A program made the position numbers and the translations under genes. A model generated the notes under the pieces. That model was not told the origin of the DNA, made no database searches, and saw only the letters and a program-made list of their open reading frames with translations. DNA of 51,450 nt, taken from the IMG/VR virus record IMGVR_UViG_3300031650_000002, positions 1 to 51,450 of that record. One strand, given 5' to 3'. This stretch comes from a virus. Taxonomy: Duplodnaviria > Caudoviricetes. Below, piece by piece: positions 7,603 through 16,969 of the stretch; the first letter of the stretch is position 1; each line of letters starts with the position of its first letter.

Positions 7603-8748
7603 TTAAAAATTCATTCCAAAAAATATTGCATTATCTTCTGCTGCTTCCAGTGTTTCCTCACTCCCATAGGTAAGCAAAGCATCCCATAAACTATTATAGG
7701 TTGCTTTTATCCAAGCGGGATTTCTTTCTGTTCCTGTAAAATTCGATACTCTTATTTCATCTTCTATCCCATCCATATATTCGTGTAAACTTGTATGCGC
7801 CCAGTCACCAATATTAACATTTGCATTATTGGTATTCATCGTTTTTTTAGTAACTGCACTACCAGAAGCAACACCATTGATATAAAATTGGTAATTAGTT
7901 CCATCATTTAATATAGCCACATAAATCCAATTTCCTGTTACAGCAGTTCCAGCTGCACTATCTACTCCAGTATCTGCACCATCTCCAGATTGTCTCATGA
8001 CAAAAAGAAAATAACCTGCCAATACTGCCGTCAAATGCCAAGCCCTTGTCGTTCCATCCCAAAATTTAGAAATTATAACTCTATTGTCAGATAAATCATC
8101 TATATTAACAATTGCCTCAATTAAGAAATTACTCGTTAAATCAAGGTCTGCACTATCGGGAATAACTATTCTATCATTACTGAAATCCTGTCCGTACCCC
8201 ACTTTTGCAATTGCAGTTAGAGGATTATTGGCACTGGTTTTTGTGCCGTTATTATTATTAGATGTGCTATCTTTTATCGTTGAAGTCGTTGAGTCAACCA
8301 TGTGCTGAACCATCTTGAAATTATTATTCCAAACTTCCGCCCTGCCATTTATTCCACCTATATAATCTGTATTGTGGTCTGCATCATTGTCAAAATAGTA
8401 ATAGAAATCTGTATCTACATCTGGAGAAGTAGTTGGTATTTTAATATGGTATATTGCGTCAATTTCCGAGACATCAAAAAGTTCTTTTTCAGCATATAAT
8501 AAAGTATTATCACCTAAAGCAAACTGACCTCTATCAAAATCTGCGTCCTCATCAAACTCGGCAAATATTTCTTCTGCCTGTGTTGCTGTAAAAAAGGCAG
8601 TTACTGGAAAATCAGATAGAGTGTCATCTATTTTAGTATGGTCAGTAGTTAATTTTATTCGCTGGTCATATCCACCCACCCAACAATATCCCGTTAAGGT
8701 AAAAGATAATATTAGAATTATAATTAATGGTAATATAAATTTCTTCAT
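7603..8748 (-). CDS. DUF2341-like / LamG (concanavalin-like) protein with signal peptide
   Basis: AAGGAG RBS before MKKFILPLIIILILSFTLTGYC at 8748; LamG signature FYING...NIG...GIEDEIRVS...WIKATYN. Confidence 0.75.
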   Translation of the reverse strand: MKKFILPLIIILILSFTLTGYCWVGGYDQRIKLTTDHTKIDDTLSDFPVTAFFTATQAEEIFAEFDEDADFDRGQFALGDNTLLYAEKELFDVSEIDAIYHIKIPTTSPDVDTDFYYYFDNDADHNTDYIGGINGRAEVWNNNFKMVQHMVDSTTSTIKDSTSNNNNGTKTSANNPLTAIAKVGYGQDFSNDRIVIPDSADLDLTSNFLIEAIVNIDDLSDNRVIISKFWDGTTRAWHLTAVLAGYFLFVMRQSGDGADTGVDSAAGTAVTGNWIYVAILNDGTNYQFYINGVASGSAVTKKTMNTNNANVNIGDWAHTSLHEYMDGIEDEIRVSNFTGTERNPAWIKATYNSLWDALLTYGSEETLEAAEDNAIFFGMNF

Positions 8749-8761
8749 ATTTTCTCCTTTA

Positions 8762-10054
8762 TTAATCATCAGTCGCAAATGTTTCAGTCCCCTGACAATA
8801 CCACTTGTCGCCATCCTCATCATCAAAGGCAAAACTCACTATACATCTATTATTATCAGCAGTAGGAACGCTTACTTTTGTCCCATTAGCCCAATATATC
8901 CCTGCTGGAAAGGTAATCGTATAGGCGTTAGCACCTGCGGGTTGGATGATAATTAGCATATAGTTACCTGAATTAGCGGGGTTAGTAAAAGCCAAAGTAG
9001 TATTTTCTGATAAAGTTATTCTTGCTTTATTAGAATTACCCCAATCTATTGTGGCAGTTCCTTCAGAAAATTCTATAGTCTGGACAGTAAAACCTATTGA
9101 ATGAGCACCTGCATCTAATTCTTCGCCAAGTTCTGGGGCAGGATCATCAACTAAAGCCTCGATATATGTTCCTAAATCACTAATATCCGCTTCAACCAAT
9201 GCTCTACTTTCCCAGCTATCACCATCTGCAACTAAAACATATTTATCAGTAGGTGTAGTAACACCAACATCGCTTAAATCTGATAATTGAGAAGCACCGC
9301 CACCAGAAGGAGTATCTATCCAAGCATAGCCATCAACGGTTGTTTCTAATACTTTTGTGGCAGCAGCAGGATGAGCAGGAATATCGGCAAGATCAGCAAA
9401 ATCTTCTCCTGTAATATCATTAAGTAAAGTAACACTCCAGATAGTTTCCATCTCGCCTTGAGTATCAATAGCAGTTTTTAAGTAGTAATCAGTAAGAGCA
9501 GTAGCTAATTCTGTAGTATCTACGATGTCAGCACTATAAATCGTTTCAACTTCGCCTAAAGTATCTATGGCACTCTTTAGATAGTAGTCAGTTAAGGCGG
9601 TAGCAAGTTCCGTGCTATCGGTTACATCAACACTCCATATAGTTTCTACTTCACTCAATGAGTCTATTGCTGTTTTTAAATAATAATCAGCTAAAGCAGC
9701 AGCTAATTCATCGGAATCAGTTACATCTTTAATCCAGATTGCCTCCATTTCCGAGAGGGCATCCATTTCAGTTTTGAGATAATAATTATCGAAGATCCCT
9801 AAAGTACCACCTGTAGTCTCATCAGCAGGGTAGCTGTCATCACGCTTGGAATGTTGCAAAAGAAAACCCAAATCATCAAGTATTTGTCTTTTTTCATTTT
9901 CTGTTTCCAATGCATCTGCCTTATCCGCAGTCGATACATAAAAATTGGTCCCTGATTCCATTGTATATTTATAATAAGCAGCAGAAACATTCAGACTAAA
10001 CGCTAATAATATAATCGGTAATATTATCCATAGTAACTTTTTATTTTTTAACAT
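8762..10054 (-). CDS. fibre-like repeat protein with signal peptide
   Basis: N-terminal LLWIILPIILLAFSLNVSA; 28-aa repeats; LSDLSDV motif; C-terminal TIDWGNSNK...LIIIQ...ITFPAGIYWANG domain typical of phage fibre-associated proteins. Confidence 0.7.
   Translation of the reverse strand: MLKNKKLLWIILPIILLAFSLNVSAAYYKYTMESGTNFYVSTADKADALETENEKRQILDDLGFLLQHSKRDDSYPADETTGGTLGIFDNYYLKTEMDALSEMEAIWIKDVTDSDELAAALADYYLKTAIDSLSEVETIWSVDVTDSTELATALTDYYLKSAIDTLGEVETIYSADIVDTTELATALTDYYLKTAIDTQGEMETIWSVTLLNDITGEDFADLADIPAHPAAATKVLETTVDGYAWIDTPSGGGASQLSDLSDVGVTTPTDKYVLVADGDSWESRALVEADISDLGTYIEALVDDPAPELGEELDAGAHSIGFTVQTIEFSEGTATIDWGNSNKARITLSENTTLAFTNPANSGNYMLIIIQPAGANAYTITFPAGIYWANGTKVSVPTADNNRCIVSFAFDDEDGDKWYCQGTETFATDD
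9430..9790. repeat. degenerate 84-bp coding tandem repeat, about 4 copies
   Basis: Encodes DYYLK(T/S)AID-x-x-x-E(V/M)ETIWS-x-D(V/I)-x-DSTELATALT units; boundaries approximate. Confidence 0.75.
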
Positions 10055-10211
10055 TATTTATCGCCTCGTTTTTAGTTGGTTTATAATTCATAATTTCGGT
10101 TAGGAGCATATTTTTCAAAGAGATCATAGAAAATTGGCTCAAACGATTTCCCGCCTCTTCCCTGAAAAACTGGTCAAGTATTTGTGTAACTTTGGTTATT
10201 AGATTTTCCAT
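10041..10211 (-). CDS. hypothetical protein
   Basis: AAGGAGG RBS before MENLITK at 10211; first gene after terminator copy A. Confidence 0.6.
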   Translation of the reverse strand: MENLITKVTQILDQFFREEAGNRLSQFSMISLKNMLLTEIMNYKPTKNEAINNVKK

Positions 10212-10237
10212 TATTTTGTTCCTCCTTTCGTAAAAAT

Positions 10238-10296
10238 AAAAAAAGCGCCACAAACTAAGAAACTTAATTCTTAATTTTGGCGCTCTATGGCACTCT
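10238..10296 (-). terminator. Com-site/terminator element, copy A
   Basis: AGAGTGCC-ATA-GAGCGCC-AAAATTAAGAATTAAGTTTCTTAGTTTG-TGGCGC-T7. Confidence 0.85.
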
Positions 10297-10334
10297 ACAG
10301 ACTTATTCAGTTTTTAGAAATTACTTATTAATTA

Positions 10335-10878
10335 TTAAAAATCTTCTTTAGCTTTTTCTATCTCTTTTTGTTTATTAATTTCAGGAAGGTCTTCCTGGTG
10401 AATTTTTACACCTTCAAATATTAACCGACAACTTAACCAATAACCTTTTTCGGAATTGTAATATATATATATTTGTTTTATCTCCTTCCCAGCATAACCA
10501 GTGCTCCAATTTTCTTGTTGGTTCACCATATCTCTCTTCAAAAATCATTTTTAGAATATTAAAATCCCTATTTAATTTAACGTCATTCAATTCACTACAA
10601 ATAGCTTCTACTTTATATAATTGGTTACTACGTAAATTAAATGTATATTCTATATCATAAAATTTGACACTGCCTATAAACTTTTTTTCATCTCTTTTAT
10701 GATATATATTCCCTCTATCTGTATTTTCACTCACCATTTGTAAGAAAAATACCATATCCTCTGCCGGTGCGTCTCCCCATTTCAATCCTCTAAATCCATC
10801 AGGTTCATTCTGAAAAGCGAATCCTATTCCTGTAATTAGAAATATTAAGATTATACTTAATAAAATAACCTTTTTCAT
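10335..10878 (-). pseudogene. secreted moron-like protein frameshifted at an (AT)6 tract
   Basis: Signal peptide MKKVILLSIILIFLITGIGFA; ORFs 10414..10878 and 10335..10541 fuse if one AT unit is added at 10461-10472. Confidence 0.7.
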
Positions 10879-11070
10879 TCTATCCCTCCCAAGATAAAAT
10901 TTCTTTAATTATTTAGGATTTATTTACTCAACACTTCTATAACCTCGCAAATTGTCCCTATATTACTTTGTATATTATATATAAAATAATGCAAAATTAA
11001 ATTCCAGACAATTAATAATCCACCTATAAATATCATTTAATACCTCCTAAATATTATTGAATTTGTTTTT

Positions 11071-11099
11071 ATTATATACCATAATATCAATTTTTTCAA
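11071..11099 (-). promoter_or_regulatory. sigma70-type promoter upstream of the moron and element copy A
   Basis: TTGAAA, 17 nt, TATAAT. Confidence 0.6.
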
Positions 11100-11590
11100 G
11101 TTTTAGGATTATTTTTTATAATAGCTTCTACCTTCGTATTGTATTTCTGAAACCCTTCATCTGTTATACCCAAATAATCTAATATTGTTTTTAACGTTTT
11201 TCTATGTAATTTTGCTTCAGAAGAAGGATTGTATAACTGGTTTATTTTTCCAGCCAGTGCCATTCGTCTATTCGTATTAAAAAAATAAGCGTATTGATTA
11301 TAGTCAAATGGAATTATCTTCCCATCTTTAAATTCATATAATGGAAAATTCCACCAAGTTTTTTGCTCTCTAACTATAAATGCTTTATGGTCTATTTCTT
11401 TTGTATCTTTCCCTTTTTCATCTTTCTTATAGAAGATTTTTAAAGTATTTTTAATAAATTGGTCATTACCATCTAAATCTATCATTTCATCATAACCAAA
11501 AAATTCATTATCACTTATTCCTCTAATAATATTGTGTTCGATAGCATCTTCTTCGAAATTCATCTTTGAAATTTTCAGATATAATTCCAT
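11096..11590 (-). CDS. hypothetical tail-region protein
   Basis: AAGGAG RBS before MELYLKIS at 11590. Confidence 0.65.
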   Translation of the reverse strand: MELYLKISKMNFEEDAIEHNIIRGISDNEFFGYDEMIDLDGNDQFIKNTLKIFYKKDEKGKDTKEIDHKAFIVREQKTWWNFPLYEFKDGKIIPFDYNQYAYFFNTNRRMALAGKINQLYNPSSEAKLHRKTLKTILDYLGITDEGFQKYNTKVEAIIKNNPKT

Positions 11591-11601
11591 ATTATTCTCC
11601 T

Positions 11602-14205
11602 TTACCAACCAGTAGAAAGATTCCAATATCCCCAAGCGTTATCAGGCGAGCCAACGTAACCGTGAAATTTAGGATTTACTCCCCCATCCGTATCGTAGGT
11701 TAAATCTCCTGCATGTCCAGTCGGTGCTGATGAAAGATTACATAATTGTAATGTTCCTGTAGGATAAAATATAAAAGCATTATCTATACAATTAATTATT
11801 GTTTTTTTATCATTATAAAATTCTATTCTGGGAATATTAAGTCCACCAAATGCTATAGCGGAAGCATGTAAAAGAACAAATCCACTTTGTAATCCAGCTT
11901 TAGCCCACACCAAACCTTGTCCGCTTGCATCATAAAACCTGATTCCGCTATCTTCAAAATATATATCTTCACTCGTCCCACTGCCAACTCTAAATCTTGT
12001 TCCGTAAATTGTGCCAGCGTGAACCGTTCCTAAAATAGCTTTAATTGCCGATAAACTATCAACGTTTATTTTCCCAGCGGTAACCGCTCCAGCCTTTATT
12101 TTATCAGTTTCGATAGCATCAGCATTTATTTTGATAGCAGTTATAGCGTTAGCTGCTATTTTGTCAGCTGTCACCGCTCCAGCCTTTATTTTATCAGTTT
12201 CGATAGCATTGGCGACTATTTTACCGGCAGTAACCGAACCATCGGGAAGTACGAGCGTATTGTTATCTAAATCAAAATATACCAATCCATTAGTGGATTC
12301 TATTTTTCCGGTTCGGATATATTTACCGTTTATAATCGTCTGGCCATAAGTAAGAGATACTCCCCGCACTCCTTCAACTACAGAATGCAATACACCAATC
12401 AGGAAATAATAATAGGTCTCGTCATCATCAAATTTTTTTTGCGTTTCATCGACTACAATCTGCCCGGTATATCCGGGCTCTTTAGTGCATTTTGCGTAAA
12501 TATAATATGGTGTAGCATTTACCAAGCTATCCTGGGTATTCTCCGATAGTGTCCATGTTCTTATCTCATCCGCAATCGATAAATGAATCAGTTGACCTGC
12601 ACTGGCATGGAATTTGCTTACATCGGATTGATAGTTCCCCTCAATTTCAATTTCCTTTAAAATAAACTGTGTAGATTTTGCCCCAACTGACAGCATTCCG
12701 GTTTCAACCGAAGCAGGCCGGATATTTCCCATATCGAAATATCCGTCTGTATCAAAAACCATCGTCCTTAATTCTTCTGAAGTTCTCCAATTCCGCCTTG
12801 ACCTTATAATATCGCCACCATAACCAATCTCTATTTTTTCTTTCAAATCTTCCTGCTCGGAATATAGCCGTTGGATCAATTGTACTTCTAAATGATCAGT
12901 TAATTTTAGAGTATATTTATATTCATTAGCCACCGATTTAGTTAATTCTACTATCCGGGTCATTACATCTATCCCTAAATCTGTATCTTCTATTGTAATA
13001 AAATCCCCTGCTTTAAGGTCAATAAGATGGGTTTTAAAATAACGGGGGTCAGGAGTGAGGATATAGGTTACTCTCGGTTCGCAGTTATCATCAATATAGG
13101 TTTGGGCTTTGGCTTGTAGGGCTGTTTCAGCAGTATCTATATAAGATTGTGGAAGATATATTTCAAGTAGAACATATTTATCACCAACAGCAGGCTTTAA
13201 AGTGGCATTCGGCATTTCATAACCTACCTCGTCCTTATAGGCTATAATAGTAAATTCTTTGGTAGCGTTATTATAAGCAGAGACTTCAAATTCATACCCG
13301 CCTAAATTCCCAGAATTAAAATGGAGTTTTGCAGTTACGCCGGAAAGCAGATAATCATTCAGGTTAAAATCCATTCCACTATCAGTAAATTTTGTTATAT
13401 CCGCCCCATCAACCGCGCTAATAGTCCCTTCCCGGTGTGGGTAAATATCCTCAAATATTTCTGTATGTTCAATTGTGCCATACTCATCAACATTCTTTTC
13501 AAGGTAGGATAATCCGCCATCTACAAATATCAATCTTCTTGAATGGTCTCTGTAATCATTTGCTAAATTTTTCTCTGAGCCAAAAGCATACAGCCTTGTA
13601 ATGATATTTTTTTCACTTAGTGTAGTCCGTTGTATATTTCTCAAACCTTGCTTATACATAAAAGTTAAACCGGAATCACTGCCCGCCTTATCAGTAAAAC
13701 AAATATCTTTTTCATCGAAATAAAATTCCCCTTCAAATTCATTACATAGTTTTTGCAAGACTTGCATACAATTAGCTTTGGAAAAGTGTAGCAGCTTATA
13801 GTCTGCATTTGTCTGGTCGCAAGTCCCCTTTGCCCAATCTGAATGCGTTCGGTTCATGTTGGTTACAATTAAATTAATAAAAGTTTCTAAATTCCCCACC
13901 AAGTCAAAATCGGAGTTTCCGTCACTATCTAAAAATTGGGTCTTCAATAATTCATAATACTCGGACTCGAAAACGAGGTTATAATCAAATGAATTTGAAC
14001 TGCTCTTTTTGATATTTGGGAGGTTATTTACATAATAGTTTATACCATCATAAATAACGTAATCGCCGATAGTGATGTCTAAGATATCATGAGAATTAAA
14101 CGTTGACTTTATGATATCCTCACCCAACAACTGACGAATGAGTCTCGTGTTATCATCTATATGAAGACTAAGATTAACTTCTGCACCTCTATAGATATCT
14201 AGCAT
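11602..14205 (-). CDS. tail tip / baseplate hub (Tal-like) protein with beta-helical repeats
   Basis: IITRLYAFGSEKNL, EHTEIFEDIYP motifs of siphophage tail proteins; ITAxKIxA repeats near the C-terminus. Confidence 0.85.
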   Translation of the reverse strand: MLDIYRGAEVNLSLHIDDNTRLIRQLLGEDIIKSTFNSHDILDITIGDYVIYDGINYYVNNLPNIKKSSSNSFDYNLVFESEYYELLKTQFLDSDGNSDFDLVGNLETFINLIVTNMNRTHSDWAKGTCDQTNADYKLLHFSKANCMQVLQKLCNEFEGEFYFDEKDICFTDKAGSDSGLTFMYKQGLRNIQRTTLSEKNIITRLYAFGSEKNLANDYRDHSRRLIFVDGGLSYLEKNVDEYGTIEHTEIFEDIYPHREGTISAVDGADITKFTDSGMDFNLNDYLLSGVTAKLHFNSGNLGGYEFEVSAYNNATKEFTIIAYKDEVGYEMPNATLKPAVGDKYVLLEIYLPQSYIDTAETALQAKAQTYIDDNCEPRVTYILTPDPRYFKTHLIDLKAGDFITIEDTDLGIDVMTRIVELTKSVANEYKYTLKLTDHLEVQLIQRLYSEQEDLKEKIEIGYGGDIIRSRRNWRTSEELRTMVFDTDGYFDMGNIRPASVETGMLSVGAKSTQFILKEIEIEGNYQSDVSKFHASAGQLIHLSIADEIRTWTLSENTQDSLVNATPYYIYAKCTKEPGYTGQIVVDETQKKFDDDETYYYFLIGVLHSVVEGVRGVSLTYGQTIINGKYIRTGKIESTNGLVYFDLDNNTLVLPDGSVTAGKIVANAIETDKIKAGAVTADKIAANAITAIKINADAIETDKIKAGAVTAGKINVDSLSAIKAILGTVHAGTIYGTRFRVGSGTSEDIYFEDSGIRFYDASGQGLVWAKAGLQSGFVLLHASAIAFGGLNIPRIEFYNDKKTIINCIDNAFIFYPTGTLQLCNLSSAPTGHAGDLTYDTDGGVNPKFHGYVGSPDNAWGYWNLSTGW
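12083..12209. repeat. 37-bp direct repeat, two copies 90 bp apart, in the tail gene
   Basis: accgctccagcctttattttatcagtttcgatagcat at about 12083 and 12173 (AIETDKIKAGAV). Confidence 0.75.
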
Positions 14206-14214
14206 TATTTCTCC

Positions 14215-14586
14215 TTATTTACTAATGATTTCCTGCGATTTTAAGACAACTTTTAGACGACCAATATATTCTTTTTCTGATTCATTTCTTAGCCTAAAAT
14301 TATCTTTCCAGACTTGCCTTTCCTGTCCAGCCTTTATTTTTTGCTCTTCTCCCCAGGTTTTACAGCTTTCTACATGGGAATTATAACTTTGAAAATCTAT
14401 ATTATTCTTGTCTAATATCCCTTTCCTTAATGCTTTAATTTCTTCATCTATACTATATTCTTTTCTAATTTTAGCAATCACTTTTTTATCAATTATTTTA
14501 TCCTCTAAAATATCCTCGGCAAATAATGTTTCTTCCTGTTTGCCGGTTTCAGAATTTATCTGTTCTTTAATTAAATATTTATACAT
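14215..14586 (-). CDS. putative tail fibre assembly/chaperone protein
   Basis: KIRKEYSIDEEIKALR motif and position among tail genes. Confidence 0.5.
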   Translation of the reverse strand: MYKYLIKEQINSETGKQEETLFAEDILEDKIIDKKVIAKIRKEYSIDEEIKALRKGILDKNNIDFQSYNSHVESCKTWGEEQKIKAGQERQVWKDNFRLRNESEKEYIGRLKVVLKSQEIISK

Positions 14587-14631
14587 TTTATTTAATCTCC
14601 TTTCTATATTATTATTTTAAAACAAAACTCC

Positions 14632-15333
14632 TTAAAATCTTTTTTCTTCGCAAAATTCATTGACCATTTCTCTTGTTAATTTTTTCCTTCCATAAATTCT
14701 ATGAAATTCTTTATGACAATCTTCGCAAAACGTAATACCGTTATTTATATCGAGAATCTTATCTTTATTCCCTTGATAATCTTTGATATGATGAGCATTT
14801 AAAATGCCACCTTTTTGCCCGCATTTTTGGCAAATATAATTGTCTCTTTTATATACATCTTTTCTCCATATCCTATAATTGCCTTTTGTCATTTTGCATT
14901 GTCTTTCTCCTGTAATTCCACCTTGCCAATTCCAATGTTTTTTGCCAAAATAATGGCGAGAGACTTTTTTTATATTCTCTTTCCTTAAACAACCACAGCT
15001 TTTTGTTTTGTCTAATAAAAAATTACTATTTGATACTTCACATATATTTCCGCAGTCACATCTAAAAATTGAATACCCACTTTTTTCCGCAGGTTTCAAA
15101 ACCGTTAATCTATTTTTCTTTGTGCCAGGCTTTATTGTTTTTGATAACTTTTTTTTAATTGCACATTTTTGACAAAGAAAAGAACCCGATTTATTTAATA
15201 CTGAAAAATATCTTTCAAAAACAACTCCGCATTTAGGGCACGTAATAACAATTTTTTTCTTACTATTTGGTTTTAATTTATTTAAAGGAATCTTCTTCCC
15301 TCTATATATTATATAATTACTGTATTTTAACAT
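14632..15333 (-). CDS. HNH homing endonuclease with zinc ribbons
   Basis: CDCG, TKSCGC, HWNWQGG, RDNYICQKCG, LNAHHI, NGITFCEDCHKEFH. Confidence 0.9.
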   Translation of the reverse strand: MLKYSNYIIYRGKKIPLNKLKPNSKKKIVITCPKCGVVFERYFSVLNKSGSFLCQKCAIKKKLSKTIKPGTKKNRLTVLKPAEKSGYSIFRCDCGNICEVSNSNFLLDKTKSCGCLRKENIKKVSRHYFGKKHWNWQGGITGERQCKMTKGNYRIWRKDVYKRDNYICQKCGQKGGILNAHHIKDYQGNKDKILDINNGITFCEDCHKEFHRIYGRKKLTREMVNEFCEEKRF

Positions 15334-15338
15334 ATCTT

Positions 15339-15367
15339 ATTATACCATATAATATACATAATAACAA
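15339..15367 (-). promoter_or_regulatory. promoter giving a probably leaderless HNH transcript
   Basis: TTGTTA, 17 nt, extended -10 TGgTATAAT; ATG only 5 nt after the -10 box, no RBS. Confidence 0.6.
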
Positions 15368-15392
15368 GAGTTATTCCAATTCGTTTATCCAG

Positions 15393-15659
15393 TTATCCAG
15401 TAATTGATAAAAATCTTAAATCTTTAGCAAGTCTAATTAGTAATCTTAGTTTTTCTAATTCCACGTCAATCTGGAAAAGATGTGGAATCTTGTATCTACT
15501 TTTATTCGCCTGAATAATAAGTTTTTGTATATCTACCATGCAATTTTCTACCTGCTGAGCTAAAACAAATCTCTGCTTTCTCGGAAATTTATCGAGAATT
15601 GGAAACAGATATAAAATTAAATCATATGTTTTTTGGTAAATTATTAATTTTTCATTCAA
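15393..15659 (-). CDS. avd: DGR accessory variability determinant Avd, apparently C-terminally truncated
   Basis: LIIYQKTYDL...KFPRKQRFVLAQQ...IDVELEKLRLLIRLAKDLRFLS; 88 aa, lacks the final EIG..LGGW helix; directly follows a CLec target gene. Confidence 0.85.
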   Translation of the reverse strand: MNEKLIIYQKTYDLILYLFPILDKFPRKQRFVLAQQVENCMVDIQKLIIQANKSRYKIPHLFQIDVELEKLRLLIRLAKDLRFLSITG

Positions 15660-15692
15660 AACAGATTCTCCGATACCAGATTACAGATAATA

Positions 15693-15810
15693 TTATCTTG
15701 CAGCACGGAACCCGAGACTGCTGTACGTACTCGACGGTGCATAACCCAAATTCAGACCGAGAATTCCAGCACCCGAAGTAATATCCCAAAAGCCGCCACG
15801 TCCCGCAGCC
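15693..15810 (-). repeat. DGR variable region (VR); no template repeat found
   Basis: Codons at the expected variable positions all end in a pyrimidine (TTT, GAT, ATT, GGT, GGT, TAT, AGT, TAC, AGC, AGT), as expected from AAY templates; TCTG repeats follow the stop. Confidence 0.7.
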
Positions 15811-16931
15811 CTTTCGCCAGTATAAGCCAAGTAAGCCTTGTCACTTCCATATTCAAGAACAGCTGAGCCAGTCGTTTTAGGTAATGCTGCTTTTTTCCCG
15901 TTAACGTCAGAATCTTCAAGGGTAGCTATGTAATTAGACGAATTTGGCAGAGTTAATCCAGCTTCCGGGAATCCAGGATTAATTATATGGTCTGTTCCGC
16001 CTACTCCAGATACACTATTTCCGCCACCTATAAGTAGGTCTATCCATTCATAAACATTTCCATTTAAACCCCAAACTCCGAGTGGATGTCCGGTTAAACT
16101 CCAAGTGTTCGGACCGCTTCCGGTAAGACATCTATCGATACCATCATCAGTTCCAGGTTCTATAGGATCTCTCATTCCATAATTTTCAGGGGAATCAGCA
16201 TCCTGGTAATCTCTACCATAATTATTATTTCCTTTTGGAAGGTCAATCCCTGCTCTTCTCTTATCACCAAAAATCATACAAGCCAAATAAGCCATACTTG
16301 CCCATTCGTAAGCTGTTACCATGTGGTATTCTGGTATAGTGTAACTATCGCCACTTGCCACATTCGACGGTAGGTCAGGTTCAAAATATACCGTTGTTGC
16401 AGCAGGATTAAATCCAGTAATTCGCCTTATATAAGTTAGTCCATCAGCGACAAGAGTAATCTGTATTTGTGTACCTACTGCATATGTGGGTAAGTGGACT
16501 GTATCGGTTAATTCATTGGCTGCTCCTGCTGCCGCCGAAGCTGTGCTCGTGTTAGAAGCTCCCCTATTTTCACAGGCTACTTTTGCATTAACCCAGGAAA
16601 TATCTGTCCAGGGCACTTTGAGTACTTGTGATACTCCGGGAATAGCTCCGGGGGTATTAGCTGCTGTGCCACCTCTCGAAGCCATAGTAGAGTCAGGTTG
16701 GCTGCATTGATATTTATCAACCCAGAATCCGCCCATATTTATCCCGTTTAAATTCGGTTGAGCTACAAAACCCGCAGTTACATATTTTGGTATCCATATC
16801 ATATTTGAATGAGATGCAAGAGCCGTCACTCCATCTGTATGGATAAATGTCTCTTGTCTCATAGCTGCAAGAACATTTCTTACAGCCTCATCGATGTCCG
16901 CTCCTTTGTGAATCGAATTATAATCTGTCAT
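15693..16931 (-). CDS. Mtd-like receptor-binding protein, FGE-type C-type lectin fold (DGR target)
   Basis: GFWVDKYQCS, GLNGNVYEW, C-terminal RGGxW...GAG...LGFRAA. Confidence 0.9.
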   Translation of the reverse strand: MTDYNSIHKGADIDEAVRNVLAAMRQETFIHTDGVTALASHSNMIWIPKYVTAGFVAQPNLNGINMGGFWVDKYQCSQPDSTMASRGGTAANTPGAIPGVSQVLKVPWTDISWVNAKVACENRGASNTSTASAAAGAANELTDTVHLPTYAVGTQIQITLVADGLTYIRRITGFNPAATTVYFEPDLPSNVASGDSYTIPEYHMVTAYEWASMAYLACMIFGDKRRAGIDLPKGNNNYGRDYQDADSPENYGMRDPIEPGTDDGIDRCLTGSGPNTWSLTGHPLGVWGLNGNVYEWIDLLIGGGNSVSGVGGTDHIINPGFPEAGLTLPNSSNYIATLEDSDVNGKKAALPKTTGSAVLEYGSDKAYLAYTGERAAGRGGFWDITSGAGILGLNLGYAPSSTYSSLGFRAAR

Positions 16932-16969
16932 TATTTTATCTCCTTATATATTTATATTTTTTTATTCTC

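Noticed and set aside
9799-9990. 63-aa minus-strand ORF
   Set aside because: Nested out of frame within the 430-aa fibre-like gene, with no RBS.
15334-15392. DGR template repeat downstream of avd
   Set aside because: Only about 60 bp, unrelated to the VR, and occupied by a promoter.
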